Source: Nitrospirota bacterium
GTDB lineage: Bacteria > Nitrospirota > UBA9217
DNA: 64,000 bases
Direction of reading: 5' to 3'
Assembly (NCBI GenBank): GCA_963751455.1
Contig: CAVVUN010000002.1
Span: forward strand, 576,001 to 640,000
In this document: piece by piece, positions 42,051 through 52,283 of the stretch
Numbering within the stretch: the first letter of the stretch is position 1
Layout: each line of letters opens with the position of its first letter
Notes under the pieces: model-generated
Database searches by the model: none
What the model saw: the letters and a program-made list of their open reading frames with translations, nothing else
Told to the model about the DNA's origin: nothing
Position numbers and translations under genes: made by a program

Positions 42051-42432
42051 TTTCCTGCTGCTGAATTTCAACGGCTCTCCCCGGTCGAACAGCTGTCCAG
42101 CTCATCAAAGAAGCATGCCCCTTGATTTTGACGCGGATGTATGCTATAGAAGAATAGTAATGACAAAAGATGAGATGGGTCTCAGCCATGAAACAGACAG
42201 CAGATAAACAGAGAAAACAGCAGACGACCTCCGCCAAACCGTCTAAGCCGGCATGTGGAACGCTCATCCACATCGCCGAATGCCGGGGGAGCTTTTGGAA
42301 ACCAGGTTCCATACGGTGGCAGGGCGCGGCCGACACGACGAACAGGACCGTCAGAAAATACAGGGTCGACGGATAAACTTCTGTTCCGTTGTTGTTTCCT
42401 TAATTTTCTAACGCGTACCGGAAAGGCAAGCC

Positions 42433-42624
42433 ATGTGCGATCTTAAGGCATATGTCGCAAAAAACGGGAAAGAGGAGTTGGTCCTCGAATCCGTGAACCA
42501 GGTCGTTGCGGATGGAGATGAGATCGTCATACGCAACCTTTTCGGAGAAGAGAAACGTGTGCGCGGCGCGGTAAAGGAAGTTTCCCTTTCCAGGAGCCGT
42601 CTTGTTGTCGAGCAGGGTAAATAA
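42433..42624 (+). CDS. CooT-family nickel-binding small protein
   Basis: MC..KAY.....EELVLESV......D.I..RNLFGEEK...G..KE.SL. Confidence 0.8.
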   Translation: MCDLKAYVAKNGKEELVLESVNQVVADGDEIVIRNLFGEEKRVRGAVKEVSLSRSRLVVEQGK

Positions 42625-42750
42625 CGGCTATCCGGTTCTTGTTTATTCCGCAATACAACCCACCCAAAAAAAACGCACCAGGCCTGAACCACCGTATCAA
42701 AAATCGATTGACATAGCCGTCGAGAGGGATTAATTTACTGTATCTAAAGT

Positions 42751-44199
42751 ATGTTTAACTATTTCCAAAACATCCCGTTAGTCTATCCTATCTATTTTTT
42801 CTACGGCTCAGCATTCCTTTTTTTAGGCTTTTCAATCTTTATCAAGGACATGAAGGGCAGCAATTTAAAGCTGGCAGACAGCCTCTGGCTCCTTGCGTTG
42901 TTCGGTATCACGCACGGCATCAACGAATTCCTGCAGTTGTATCCGCTGATCGAAGGCGACCATCTGACCCTGTCCCAGATATTCAATGCACGATTGCTTT
43001 CGCTGGTTGTCATGGTGGCATCATATTTTTTTCTGCTCGTGTTCGGCCTTGTTTTAATACTCAATCCCGGCGAAAAACCGCCCCTCTGGATGAAGCTCAT
43101 TCCGGGAATTATTTTTTCCATCTGGATTGTGTTTGTGGCGAAACAGGGCTTCAGCAGAAGCATGAGTTTCCTGGCACAGGCGGAGCTCGGCGCCCGGTAT
43201 ACCTTCGGTTTGTCGGGTGGGCTTATGGCTGCCTATTCCCTGATTTCTTATTCCAAAGAGGTGCGCGTTTTAAGCCAGCGGGTATCGCGTCATTTGAGAT
43301 ACGCCGGTATAACTTTCGTTCTGTATGCCGTTTTTGCAGGCGTTTTCGTTACCGCGTTCTTCCGGCTAGTCAGCTTTCCATACGCAATCGAGCTTCTGCG
43401 GGCTGTGTGCGCGATGATTATTACGTATTTCATAATCAGGGCGCTGAACATATTCAACATCGATACCCGCAGGAGGATTGAACAGCAGATGAAGCATCTT
43501 GCCCAGACCGAAAAGCTGAGCTCGCTCGGACAACTGGCAGCGGGCATAGCCCACGAAATCAACAACCCGCTGACCAATGCATCACTGGGCATCGAAACAA
43601 TACGGCAGAAGCTCATTTCGAACAGCGGCGACCCGGAAATGATCAACAAGCTGAACGCGGTCGAGCGGAACATCGACAGGGCGTCATCCATAGCCCGCGA
43701 ACTGCTGCAGTTGTCCCGGCAGAAAGAGTGTGAATTTGTTCCGGTTGATATCAATTCAGTGATCCAGGCCACCTTGACGCTGATGAAGCACAGGCTCGAA
43801 GACTTCAAACTCAAGCAAAACCTGATGCACGTTGCAGAGATCATGGGCGACCCGGGAAAAATGGAACAGGTTATTATCAATGTTTTGTCAAACTCGATTG
43901 AGGCGATGCCTGAAGGGGGAGCTATTACGATCTCCTCGTTAAGGAGTAATGATTATGTCAAGGTGCAGATCGCGGACAGCGGAATAGGGATACCCGAAAA
44001 AAAGATATCGAGGGTATTCGATCCCTTTTTTACCACGAAGGAGCTGGGAAGAGGAACCGGCCTTGGTCTGACGATATGCTACGGCATCATTCAACAGCAC
44101 CATGGATCCATACAGATAGAGAGCACTGCAGGAAAGGGCACGACCGTTACGATCAAGATCCCGACGAGGGAGCATTATGAAAAATATACTTATCGTTGA
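42751..44199 (+). CDS. Membrane sensor histidine kinase
   Basis: Multi-TM N-terminus (LFGITHG..E), [41 protein letters not shown]. Confidence 0.92.
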   Translation: MFNYFQNIPLVYPIYFFYGSAFLFLGFSIFIKDMKGSNLKLADSLWLLALFGITHGINEFLQLYPLIEGDHLTLSQIFNARLLSLVVMVASYFFLLVFGLVLILNPGEKPPLWMKLIPGIIFSIWIVFVAKQGFSRSMSFLAQAELGARYTFGLSGGLMAAYSLISYSKEVRVLSQRVSRHLRYAGITFVLYAVFAGVFVTAFFRLVSFPYAIELLRAVCAMIITYFIIRALNIFNIDTRRRIEQQMKHLAQTEKLSSLGQLAAGIAHEINNPLTNASLGIETIRQKLISNSGDPEMINKLNAVERNIDRASSIARELLQLSRQKECEFVPVDINSVIQATLTLMKHRLEDFKLKQNLMHVAEIMGDPGKMEQVIINVLSNSIEAMPEGGAITISSLRSNDYVKVQIADSGIGIPEKKISRVFDPFFTTKELGRGTGLGLTICYGIIQQHHGSIQIESTAGKGTTVTIKIPTREHYEKYTYR

Positions 44200-44830
44200 T
44201 GATGACCCGGAAATCCGGACACATCTTGCTGACATATTAAGGGGCGTAGGTTACCGGACCGAGCAGGCAGCATCCGGCAGCGAGGCGGTAAACAAAGCTT
44301 CTGCAGAAGAGTATGACGTTATTCTCCTGGACATGATCATGCCGAAGGGCGGAGGCGCTGAAGCCCTGGTTGAGCTGAACAAGATTTCGCCGCGGTCCAA
44401 AGTCGTGATGATTACGGCCTTCGCAACCGTGGAAAATGCAGTGGATGCCATGAAACGAGGCGCATCAGATTATATTTCGAAGCCTTTCAAAATAGATGAA
44501 CTGCTTACAACCATCCGGCGCGTGATAGAGGAGACGCGGGTCGAAGAATGCTGCGCGACAAAAGACCTGGATGGTCTCTTCGGCTCGCTCTCGAACCCGA
44601 CCCGGACAAAGATCATGCGCTTAATTGCGTCGAGAAAATCGATGCGGCTCATGGAGCTTGCGCGCGAACTCTCGATAGAGGACCACACAAAAGTCATTTT
44701 TCATCTCAGGATTCTTAAGGAAGCCGGAATAATAAGTCAGAACGACGACAAGGCTTATATCCTCACTGCTCAAGGCGAGAAAACCGTGAGCTGCCTAAAG
44801 ATAATCGATAGACACCTGACCAGACAGTAA
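44177..44830 (+). CDS. Response regulator (REC + ArsR-like winged HTH)
   Basis: ILIVDDD, LLDMIMP, ITAF, KPF; C-terminal LSNPTR.KI..L...FHLRILKEAGII. Confidence 0.88.
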   Translation: MKNILIVDDDPEIRTHLADILRGVGYRTEQAASGSEAVNKASAEEYDVILLDMIMPKGGGAEALVELNKISPRSKVVMITAFATVENAVDAMKRGASDYISKPFKIDELLTTIRRVIEETRVEECCATKDLDGLFGSLSNPTRTKIMRLIASRKSMRLMELARELSIEDHTKVIFHLRILKEAGIISQNDDKAYILTAQGEKTVSCLKIIDRHLTRQ

Positions 44831-44930
44831 TTCCAATAGTTTTTCTCGTCTCACACCACTCTCTCGCTTCAGCAGATATATTGCCCGCAAATTAGTTTCC
44901 TCCTCTTTCCCAAAATTATAATTCGGCAGC

Positions 44931-44950
44931 ATGTGAAATTCGGTTCACAT
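44931..44950. promoter_or_regulatory. Palindromic operator candidate upstream of the octaheme gene
   Basis: ATGTGAA-attcgg-TTCACAT with perfect 7-bp arms. Confidence 0.5.
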
Positions 44951-45146
44951 TCAGGACAGTACTGTGAACACAATGTTACTTGACGAAATTGCCTTGCCGG
45001 TTATTATAAACAATTACAACTATAGTATATGACAATTGGTATCTGAGATGGAATTGCAACGATTTTAGCAACTTAAAGGAGGTGAGGGCGCACCACGTTA
45101 TATTGCTACCGGCCCCCGTATCTCAATTATTGAAAGGAAGAGGAAA

Positions 45147-46636
45147 ATGGTTAAAAAAAATTGGATCTTGTTTGTTTTGTGTGTGGCTGTCGCAACAACA
45201 GCCATGGTTCTGGGAGGCTGCGGAAAGGACAAATCCAGCGGTTCCGGGGCTGTCTTAAGCGCGCCTACTTTTACGCCAATTGACGGCGGCTATGCCGGCA
45301 CTGACACGTGTTTGTATTGCCATGACGGCATAAAAGCCTCCGACAAGAGAAGCTTTAAGCAGTCAGGCCATCCGTATAAGTATACGCACATAGGCGGCGT
45401 TGCGCCGGATTCAACACTGATTCCGAGCTTGTTCACCAGACCAGGAGCTACAAATACGGATTATCTCAACACCTTGAGCATAAACGGTTTAATGGTTGCG
45501 GACGGCAGCGATCTTCTTGACTGGTCGGTCATAAATTATACGATCGGCGGCTACGGCTGGAAGATCCGATGGGGCGTCAAGGACAATGTGAAGAGCGGCG
45601 GTACTGACTCAACGGGTTTCGTATGGGCAGGAAACAAGGCCCAATATAACATCCGGGACGGTTCATGGTCAAAGTATCCGACCACCGTTCCGGCTGACAA
45701 AAAGTACGAGTGCGCAATATGCCACAACACGAACGGCATCGTCTTTACGTCCGGCTATTCCTGCTATACGGACCCGACAACAACTGCCGGCAGCCGCACC
45801 CAGCCCTGGGCGAAGAATGCCGGTATGACTGCTACCGGCTCCCATGGCGGCTATTACAGCTCCTGGACCTTTGACGGTGTTCAGTGCGAGGCATGCCATG
45901 GTCCCGGCGAGACCCATGCAAAATCATACTCCACGAAGCAAAACGTGCTTACATTGGCAGGCGGAACGTTGAAATCTGCGCCAAGTGCCACATCAGGGCT
46001 GAAAACACAACGGGTGTCGGCGCTGAATGCGGAGGGGATTCAGATTCCAGAGTCCTGACTAACGGCGCTGTGGCATCGGGGACGACACCAACAACCGAGT
46101 TCATTTCTCATCACGAGCAGTATAACGAGCTGGTCGGTTACAACGGCGACGGCGCACACGCAGCGCGCAAATGCACGGATTGCCATGATCCGCACAAGAG
46201 GTCAACTAAAGTTGTAAGTTCAGTAGCCGCGCTGCTCGGTATCACCGATAACAATGATTCCGGGGAAACCAGAGGCGCCATCAAGGTGAGCTGCACAAGT
46301 TGCCATGCCGGCTACAAATCATCGGGTTCCGGCAGCACCATGTCAAGCCTCGCTTGCATCGATTGCCACATGGCCGAGGCTACCAAATCGGCCACCGGCA
46401 AATCCGGAACATGGGGCGTCAAAGGCGATGTCAAGACCCATATCTTCAGAATCAGTACGAGTCCGACTGTAACGACCATCTTGAGAAAGAACGCTGACGG
46501 AAAAACAATTGCGACCAACTACCTCACGTACAGATACGCATGCGGCAAGTGCCATGACACCAGTATAGGCGGCACAGTCAATATGAGCGAGGATGCAGTC
46601 AAAACAAAAGCCGTGAACTACCACGGAACAAAGTAG
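45147..46636 (+). CDS. Octaheme c-type cytochrome lipoprotein, split by a frameshift near 45960
   Basis: Lipobox LGGC. CLYCH, CAICH and CEACH are in the first frame; CAKCH, CTDCH, CTSCH, CIDCH and CGKCH are in the second. Adding one base at gcggaac joins them. Confidence 0.85.
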
Positions 46637-46678
46637 AGCGCCGGCGCAAAAGCAAAATCTATATATAGCTCATTATAT

Positions 46679-46707
46679 AAGGCGGGGGGAACCCCGCCTT
46701 ATTTTTT
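46679..46707 (+). terminator. Rho-independent terminator
   Basis: AAGGCGGGG-ggaa-CCCCGCCTT followed by ATTTTTT. Confidence 0.85.
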
Positions 46708-46879
46708 GCCCAGGCGGCATTATGCTCTGTTAGCCGCTTCAAAGATATAAATCTTCCTGTCAGAACTCTTTCCGGGCACGTCCTCCCGTTGCATCACGGT
46801 GACTCGCGCGGTATGCTTAGTAGCAGAAACGTGCCATTGACTTCAAATCAGATCTTTCCGTAAAACAGGAAGCACAGCC

Positions 46880-47296
46880 ATGAAGTTTTTGCAGCGCATA
46901 TTATTGTCCGTGCTCGTTGCAGTCACCATGATTGTCATGTACGTCCTGGACGGCAACTGCAAAGATAATTATTCGGTCGAGATCAGGAGTAACAAGGAAC
47001 TGGGACGGTACCTGGCCGATGCAAAAGGTATGACACTGTATTATTTTCAAATGGATGCAAAAGGGAAAAGCGCGTGCGCCGGCGACTGCGCAAAGCAATG
47101 GCCCCCTTTTTATGCGGAAAAACCGTTACCGAATCCGAACCTGGAGGCATCAGACTTGGGACTGATAACAAGAGAGGACGGCAAGAAACAGTCCTCCTAT
47201 AAGGGCATGCCGTTGTATCGCCATTCCCGCGATCAAAAGCCGGGCGATACAAAAGGCCAGGGTAAATACGGCATGTGGTTTGCTGCAACACCATAA
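46880..47296 (+). CDS. Secreted protein with Yx(FWY)xxD repeats (COG4315-like)
   Basis: GMTLYYF..D, C.G.CA..WPP, R.DG..Q..YKG.PLY....D.KPGD..G.G..G.W. Confidence 0.85.
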   Translation: MKFLQRILLSVLVAVTMIVMYVLDGNCKDNYSVEIRSNKELGRYLADAKGMTLYYFQMDAKGKSACAGDCAKQWPPFYAEKPLPNPNLEASDLGLITREDGKKQSSYKGMPLYRHSRDQKPGDTKGQGKYGMWFAATP

Positions 47297-47391
47297 ACAG
47301 AATGATGGCACATTAGACGAAAAACAGCAGAACAAGCCATATATAAGATTTTACCTCTCAGTTACTTTTCCAGCAAAGGAGGTTGAGCGAC

Positions 47392-47886
47392 ATGACGCCG
47401 TTATCGACAAAAGACGCCGGAAATAGGAAGATGAAACGATCGAATATCATCGTTCTGGCCGTAATCGCGGGCTTCATTGCCATTGCCGTGGTAATATTCC
47501 TTCTGCACGGTCCGCCTCAGCTGCTGGCAAAGTCTGAGTCGCCTGATTTCTGCTCGCAATGCCATGTAATGGAGTCCCAGTACGAGTCGTGGATGCACCA
47601 GGGTGCGCATAGAAGAAAACTCTGCGTTGATTGCCATTTGCCCAACGATAATGCGGCGGTCCATTATGTGTGGAAGTCCATTGACGGGTTGAAAGACGTT
47701 TTATTCTTCTATTCGGGTATGACGCCTGAGCATATAGAACTCTCTTCTCATGGAGCGGACGTCGTGCGTGCAAACTGCATACGGTGCCATGAAAGCACCG
47801 TATCCATGATAAGCCATGAAAGAAAATGCTGGGATTGTCACCGTCGTATCATGCACAAGCGCAGCGGGTCGATTGAAACGGTTTAG
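47392..47886 (+). CDS. nrfH: Cytochrome c nitrite reductase small subunit (tetraheme, NapC/NirT family)
   Basis: N-terminal TM; CSQCH, CVDCH(LP), CIRCH, CWDCH. Directly upstream of nrfA. Confidence 0.92.
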   Translation: MTPLSTKDAGNRKMKRSNIIVLAVIAGFIAIAVVIFLLHGPPQLLAKSESPDFCSQCHVMESQYESWMHQGAHRRKLCVDCHLPNDNAAVHYVWKSIDGLKDVLFFYSGMTPEHIELSSHGADVVRANCIRCHESTVSMISHERKCWDCHRRIMHKRSGSIETV

Positions 47887-47952
47887 TCCTGATCATAGGA
47901 TGACTTCAGCCGGGGCGTGAAGCCCGGATTATGCCGACAAGGAGGGGTAATC

Positions 47953-49416
47953 ATGAAAAAAGTCAACTATCAAGTCCTTATTGCACTGGCAATGATCATG
48001 ACCGTCATATTCATTATCGGCTGCTCTTCACCTAAAAGCGAACAGGTCAGGCCGGTAAAAATATCTGACGGCGAGATGGACCCGGGCGTTTGGGGGAAGG
48101 CGTATCCCGATGAATATGAACTGTGGAAAAGGACCGGCGAACCCACGCCGGCAGATAAGAGTAAATACAAAAAGGGGTACGATGCGGACAAGGTCGTGTA
48201 CGATAAGCTTGCAGAATTCCCCTATATGGCGCTGCTGTTCAACGGATGGGGGTTTGGCGTTGAATACAATGAACCGCGCGGACATCTATTCATGGTAAAG
48301 GACCAGCTTGAAGTCGATCCGTCACGGGTAAAGGCGGGGGGCGTCTGTCTCAGCTGCAAATCTCCCTATGCAGCCGGTCTGGAGAAATCCATGGGCCGGG
48401 ATTATTATTCCGGGCCGTATAAGGAAGTCCTCGGCCGGATTCCCGAAAAGCACCGACAGCTCGGCGCAGCATGTATAGATTGCCACGACAACAAGGATAT
48501 GTCGCTCAAGATCTCCCGCCAATTCACTCTTGGCGCAGCCTTGAAGGATATGGGAGTGGAGGAGGACAAACTCACGCGGCAGGAGATGAGGACGGCCGTC
48601 TGCGCGCAGTGTCATGTCACGTACGTGGTGGGCAAGGACAAGGACATGAAATCCGTTTCGGTCTTTTTCCCGTGGCAGGGAAGCAAATGGGGCGGCATCA
48701 GCATCGAGAATATCATCAAGAAAATCCGGAGCGATCCCTCCTACGGGGAATGGAAACAGAACGTAACCGGTTTTAAACTTGCATTCATACGGCATCCGGA
48801 ATTCGAGATGCTGTCGAATAACAGTGTGCACTGGAAAGCGGGCGCATCGTGCGCCGACTGCCACATGCCGTACACCAAGATAGGGGTCAGCAAGGTCTCG
48901 AACCACCGCGTCATGAGCCCGCTCAAGAACGGCATGCGGCCGTGCATGCAGTGCCATACTGAAACTGCCGAATGGCTTACCCAACAGGTGACTGCCATCC
49001 AGGACAGGACCGCAGCGCAGATGATCCGGTCCGGGTATGCGACCGCAACGGTTGCCAAGCTTTTTGAAATGACGCACAAGGCAAAGGAGGCCGGCAAGAA
49101 GATTGATCAGGGTCTGTATGACAAGGCAAAGGACTATTACGAAGAGGCATTTTACCGCAGCGTTTTTGTGGGTGCTGAGAATTCCGTCGGTTTCCATAAT
49201 CCAACCGAGGCCATGAGGATCCTCGCGGACTCTACTGCATTTGCGACGAAGGCGGAAGCGCTTCTTCGCCAGGCGCTGACAGTCGCAGGAGTAGACGTGC
49301 CGATACAGGTCGACCTTGAACTGCATAAATATCTCGACAACAGGGGAGAAAAGAAACTGAAGGGGAACCCCAAATTCGAGATTAAGGACCCGACCGGGGT
49401 GCAGTATATGTTCTAG
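47953..49416 (+). CDS. nrfA: Ammonia-forming cytochrome c nitrite reductase catalytic subunit
   Basis: YNEPRGH, active-site CLSCK, CIDCH, CAQCHVTY, RHPEFE, CADCHMPY, CMQCH, AENSVGFHNP. Confidence 0.95.
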   Translation: MKKVNYQVLIALAMIMTVIFIIGCSSPKSEQVRPVKISDGEMDPGVWGKAYPDEYELWKRTGEPTPADKSKYKKGYDADKVVYDKLAEFPYMALLFNGWGFGVEYNEPRGHLFMVKDQLEVDPSRVKAGGVCLSCKSPYAAGLEKSMGRDYYSGPYKEVLGRIPEKHRQLGAACIDCHDNKDMSLKISRQFTLGAALKDMGVEEDKLTRQEMRTAVCAQCHVTYVVGKDKDMKSVSVFFPWQGSKWGGISIENIIKKIRSDPSYGEWKQNVTGFKLAFIRHPEFEMLSNNSVHWKAGASCADCHMPYTKIGVSKVSNHRVMSPLKNGMRPCMQCHTETAEWLTQQVTAIQDRTAAQMIRSGYATATVAKLFEMTHKAKEAGKKIDQGLYDKAKDYYEEAFYRSVFVGAENSVGFHNPTEAMRILADSTAFATKAEALLRQALTVAGVDVPIQVDLELHKYLDNRGEKKLKGNPKFEIKDPTGVQYMF

Positions 49417-49420
49417 CTAG

Positions 49421-49626
49421 TGTAGTGTCTCTTAAATGGATGGTGTTATATGATCATTTCTCATCGAACTTATCTTCGCATAAATATTTGCTGATGAATT
49501 TGTAGGGCGACCCTTTAGGGTTGCTGCTGTTCCGGCGCTTTCAGCAAGGCTAAAGCCTTGCCCTACAAGTTTGGCTGCGGCCTACTGCCGCGCTATGATA
49601 ACACCAGTCGTTTGTGAGACACTACA
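49421..49626. mobile_element. MITE-like element with 11-bp TIRs carrying a GTAG-type REP doublet (REPIN)
   Basis: TGTAGTGTCTC (49421-49431) ... GAGACACTACA (49616-49626). Internal GTAGGGCGACCCTTTAGGGTTGC (49502-49524) faces GCAAGGCTAAAGCCTTGCCCTAC (49544-49566). Confidence 0.65.
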
Positions 49627-49721
49627 GTAAATCCAACAGTTCTTCACTTATTTTTCTGTCATCCTGAACGAATCGAAGAATCTCATGTATATGAAAAAGC
49701 GAGGTTCTTCCTTCGGAAGGC

Positions 49722-49780
49722 GTGGACGCGCCAGTATGGGTCGATCTGGAGCAGCAGAAATACCTGGACAACAGGGGAGC
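49722..49780 (+). pseudogene. Diverged remnant of an nrfA 3' end
   Basis: Translates VDAPVWVDLEQQKYLDNRG, compared with VDVPIQVDLELHKYLDNRG in the upstream NrfA. Confidence 0.7.
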
Positions 49781-49862
49781 GGAAGTGCTTCTGCGGCAGG
49801 AGCTGCTGCCCCACGTGAAAATCCCTAAATTGTGTCAGATTTTATTTAATGCGTTCCTGCGC

Positions 49863-49902
49863 AAAAAAAACCCGGAAAGCAGAAGCTCTTTCCGGGTTTT
49901 TT
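49863..49902. terminator. Bidirectional Rho-independent terminator
   Basis: A8-CCCGGAAAG...CTTTCCGGG-T-tract between convergent genes. Confidence 0.85.
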
Positions 49903-49916
49903 AACTCCAGCGATGA

Positions 49917-50258
49917 TCACATGCAGATAGTATAGCCGCCATAGATAGAGCAGTTTGTGAAGCCATAGGTTGCACAGGTCTGGCCGCCATGAAACACGCC
50001 CGACATATAGCCGCAGGTCGCCTCGTCAACGCCCTCATAACAACCCCAGCTGTTGACTATACAGGCCCCTGTTCCGCCGCCACCCCCGCCACCTCCACCG
50101 CCACTGCCGGCATCGTTCGTTCCGGTGCCACTACTGACGATATCATCGATGGTCGTGCGAGGCGCAGTCATCTTATCTCCAGTGCCGCAGCCGAGAGCGA
50201 GGAGCAGCAAGGTGAGGGTGATCAAAATCATTAAAAAAAATACAATTTTATTCGGCAT
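49917..50258 (-). CDS. Small lipoprotein with poly-Gly linker and six-Cys C-terminal domain
   Basis: AAAGGAG RBS, lipobox ALGC, G10 run, six Cys residues in the last ~48 aa. Confidence 0.7.
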   Translation of the reverse strand: MPNKIVFFLMILITLTLLLLALGCGTGDKMTAPRTTIDDIVSSGTGTNDAGSGGGGGGGGGGTGACIVNSWGCYEGVDEATCGYMSGVFHGGQTCATYGFTNCSIYGGYTICM

Positions 50259-50336
50259 GGTTTCTCCTTTTGCGCTCGCTGATCCGGGTCGTTTATGCTT
50301 TATGAGCAGTTCCCGGAACAACGCCGTCGGCTTTTC

Positions 50337-50873
50337 CTAGAAATAGAAATTCGCGTTCACGCCGACAGTACGCGTGCCGAAATAGTTCGAATCAGTATCG
50401 GCGTTATCATCGCTGATCAGCCCAAACCCGACGCCCACGGCGCCCTCGAGGCTGAATTGCTTGCCAAGGAAATATTCCCCGCCGAAAACAGCGGATACAT
50501 CAACCTGGGTCAGGTCTATGCCGGCATTGTCATCTTCAAACATGGCAAGGGACAATTTCGCGCCGACGAAGGGAGCAAAATCATCGACCTTCAGATACTT
50601 GCGTACGCCGCCTGCAAGGCTCAGATAGGTGGCGTCAGCGTCTCCGCCATCAACCCGAAGTCCGAACCCGGCGATGATTGCCATGTCTTTGGTTATTAAA
50701 TAGCGCGCACTGAGATCAACGACATCAGCGGCATTTCCAACGGTCCCCACAACACTGTCTCCCATTCCCACGCTGATGCTGGTCTTTCCCTGCTGCAGGC
50801 TGTTTGCTGCAAATGCGCTTCCGATTCCGATTGCCAGGACGAGTGCGACTGTGATTACGATAATTCTTTTCAT
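50337..50873 (-). CDS. Small outer-membrane beta-barrel protein (OmpA-like/OmpW-type)
   Basis: Signal peptide ending AFA, alternating strands, GGEYF...FSLEG, C-terminal YF. Confidence 0.8.
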   Translation of the reverse strand: MKRIIVITVALVLAIGIGSAFAANSLQQGKTSISVGMGDSVVGTVGNAADVVDLSARYLITKDMAIIAGFGLRVDGGDADATYLSLAGGVRKYLKVDDFAPFVGAKLSLAMFEDDNAGIDLTQVDVSAVFGGEYFLGKQFSLEGAVGVGFGLISDDNADTDSNYFGTRTVGVNANFYF

Positions 50874-51210
50874 GTATTCTCTCCTTTAAACATTAGTTTG
50901 TGATGTGTGAAATTTGGAGAAAAAAGCAAAACTGCGACATAGCTAGTGTTCGGAGCTTATTAGCCCACCTCCTTTCAGGTGATTGCACAATACTGCAGAA
51001 TTTAATTAATTCTAAAGTATTGCAATTAATATTATATAGTACCGAAGCTGTGTTTTTGTCAAGGTCATTTTTCAACTATTTTTTGTTTTTTTTTGGTAAG
51101 TTTTTGGCTTTTGATCAAAGAATAATGCGTGCATGCAACCAAAAATAGCTTGTGAGACTACGAAATATGGAAGCAAAATTAACGCGGGGTTATCAGCAGG
51201 ACTCAAAAAT

Positions 51211-52206
51211 TTAATAGTGGTAGGCCTGACTTCCCACCTTGCCGCTGAAAATAATATAGCTGTATACCGTATAACCGATAACGATCGGCAGAATAATTGC
51301 GGCTCCCCAGAGTGTAAACTCAAGAGTTTTTATCTGAGCCGCAGCATCGACGAACGTCACATCAGGCGGAATGGCATAGGGATACACAGACGCAAACAAC
51401 GAGATATATCCGGCGAAAAAGAAGGACACACTGAAAATAAACGGCATGCGTTCACGGCGCACGCGGATGCTTTTGATAATCCCGTAAAAGGATAACACGC
51501 TGAGTGCAGGAAGAAGCCAGAGAAAATAGATTCGCGGCAGCGAAAGCCAGTTTGAGAGCACCATCGGGTAATGGAAAGGCGTCCAAACAATCATCACGAT
51601 TTGAAAGATCAGCACGACACAGGCTGACCAGAAGGCCTGATGAAACGCCCTTTCCTGCACTCTTCCCGTTGTTTTGAGGATGAGATACGTGGAGGCGAGA
51701 AGAACATAGCCTGCTATCAACCCGGTTGCAGCGCAAATTGAAAAAAGATTCAGCCAGTCTAAAGAACCGCCTGAGAAGCTGCTTTCAGCCACCCGGATTC
51801 CGGACAGGATCCCGCCGAGTGTAAGCCCCTGGGACACCACTGCGGTCAGGCTGCCCAGGAAAAATGCCCTGTCCCATCTGCTTTTTCGTGAAGCATTGCT
51901 CCGAAATTCGAAAGAAACACCGCGGAAGATAAGGCCGTACAAAAATGTAAAGAGAGGAACATACAGGGCGCTGAAGAGCACGGCGTACATCATCGGAAAT
52001 GCGACAAAAAGGCCGCCTCCGCTGAAAACAAGCCAAGTCTGGTTGGCGTCCCAGACCGGCGCTATGCTGTTCATAAGCGTGTTGCGTTCTTCCTCGCTTT
52101 TCGTGAACGGAAACAACAGCCCGATTCCGAGGCCGAAGCCGTCCAGGATTACGTAGAGGATGAGGGCAAGCCCAAGAAGGGCGATCCAGATGTTGACAAG
52201 GTCCAT
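51211..52206 (-). CDS. cydB: Cytochrome bd ubiquinol oxidase subunit II
   Basis: LDGFGLGIG, SIAPVWDANQTWLV..GG.LF.AFP..YA, RGVSFEFR. Confidence 0.95.
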   Translation of the reverse strand: MDLVNIWIALLGLALILYVILDGFGLGIGLLFPFTKSEEERNTLMNSIAPVWDANQTWLVFSGGGLFVAFPMMYAVLFSALYVPLFTFLYGLIFRGVSFEFRSNASRKSRWDRAFFLGSLTAVVSQGLTLGGILSGIRVAESSFSGGSLDWLNLFSICAATGLIAGYVLLASTYLILKTTGRVQERAFHQAFWSACVVLIFQIVMIVWTPFHYPMVLSNWLSLPRIYFLWLLPALSVLSFYGIIKSIRVRRERMPFIFSVSFFFAGYISLFASVYPYAIPPDVTFVDAAAQIKTLEFTLWGAAIILPIVIGYTVYSYIIFSGKVGSQAYHY

Positions 52207-52283
52207 GAATACCGCCAAAGAAGTGTCAGAGTGTCGAAGTATCAAGTGTCACAGTGTCGATTCGTCGAAGAAACTCTGCCTAT

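Noticed and set aside
42170-42400. Possible c-di-GMP/NiCo riboswitch or 62-68-aa ORF upstream of the CooT-like gene
   Set aside because: The conserved riboswitch motifs could not be matched convincingly, and the ORF has no recognisable features.
45147-46636. Assignment of the octaheme to OmcZ, ONR, OTR or HAO
   Set aside because: Heme count alone is insufficient; there is no CxxCK or other diagnostic motif I can confirm.
49722-49904. 60-aa ORF as a real gene
   Set aside because: Only the first ~19 codons are meaningful (nrfA remnant); the rest runs through a terminator.
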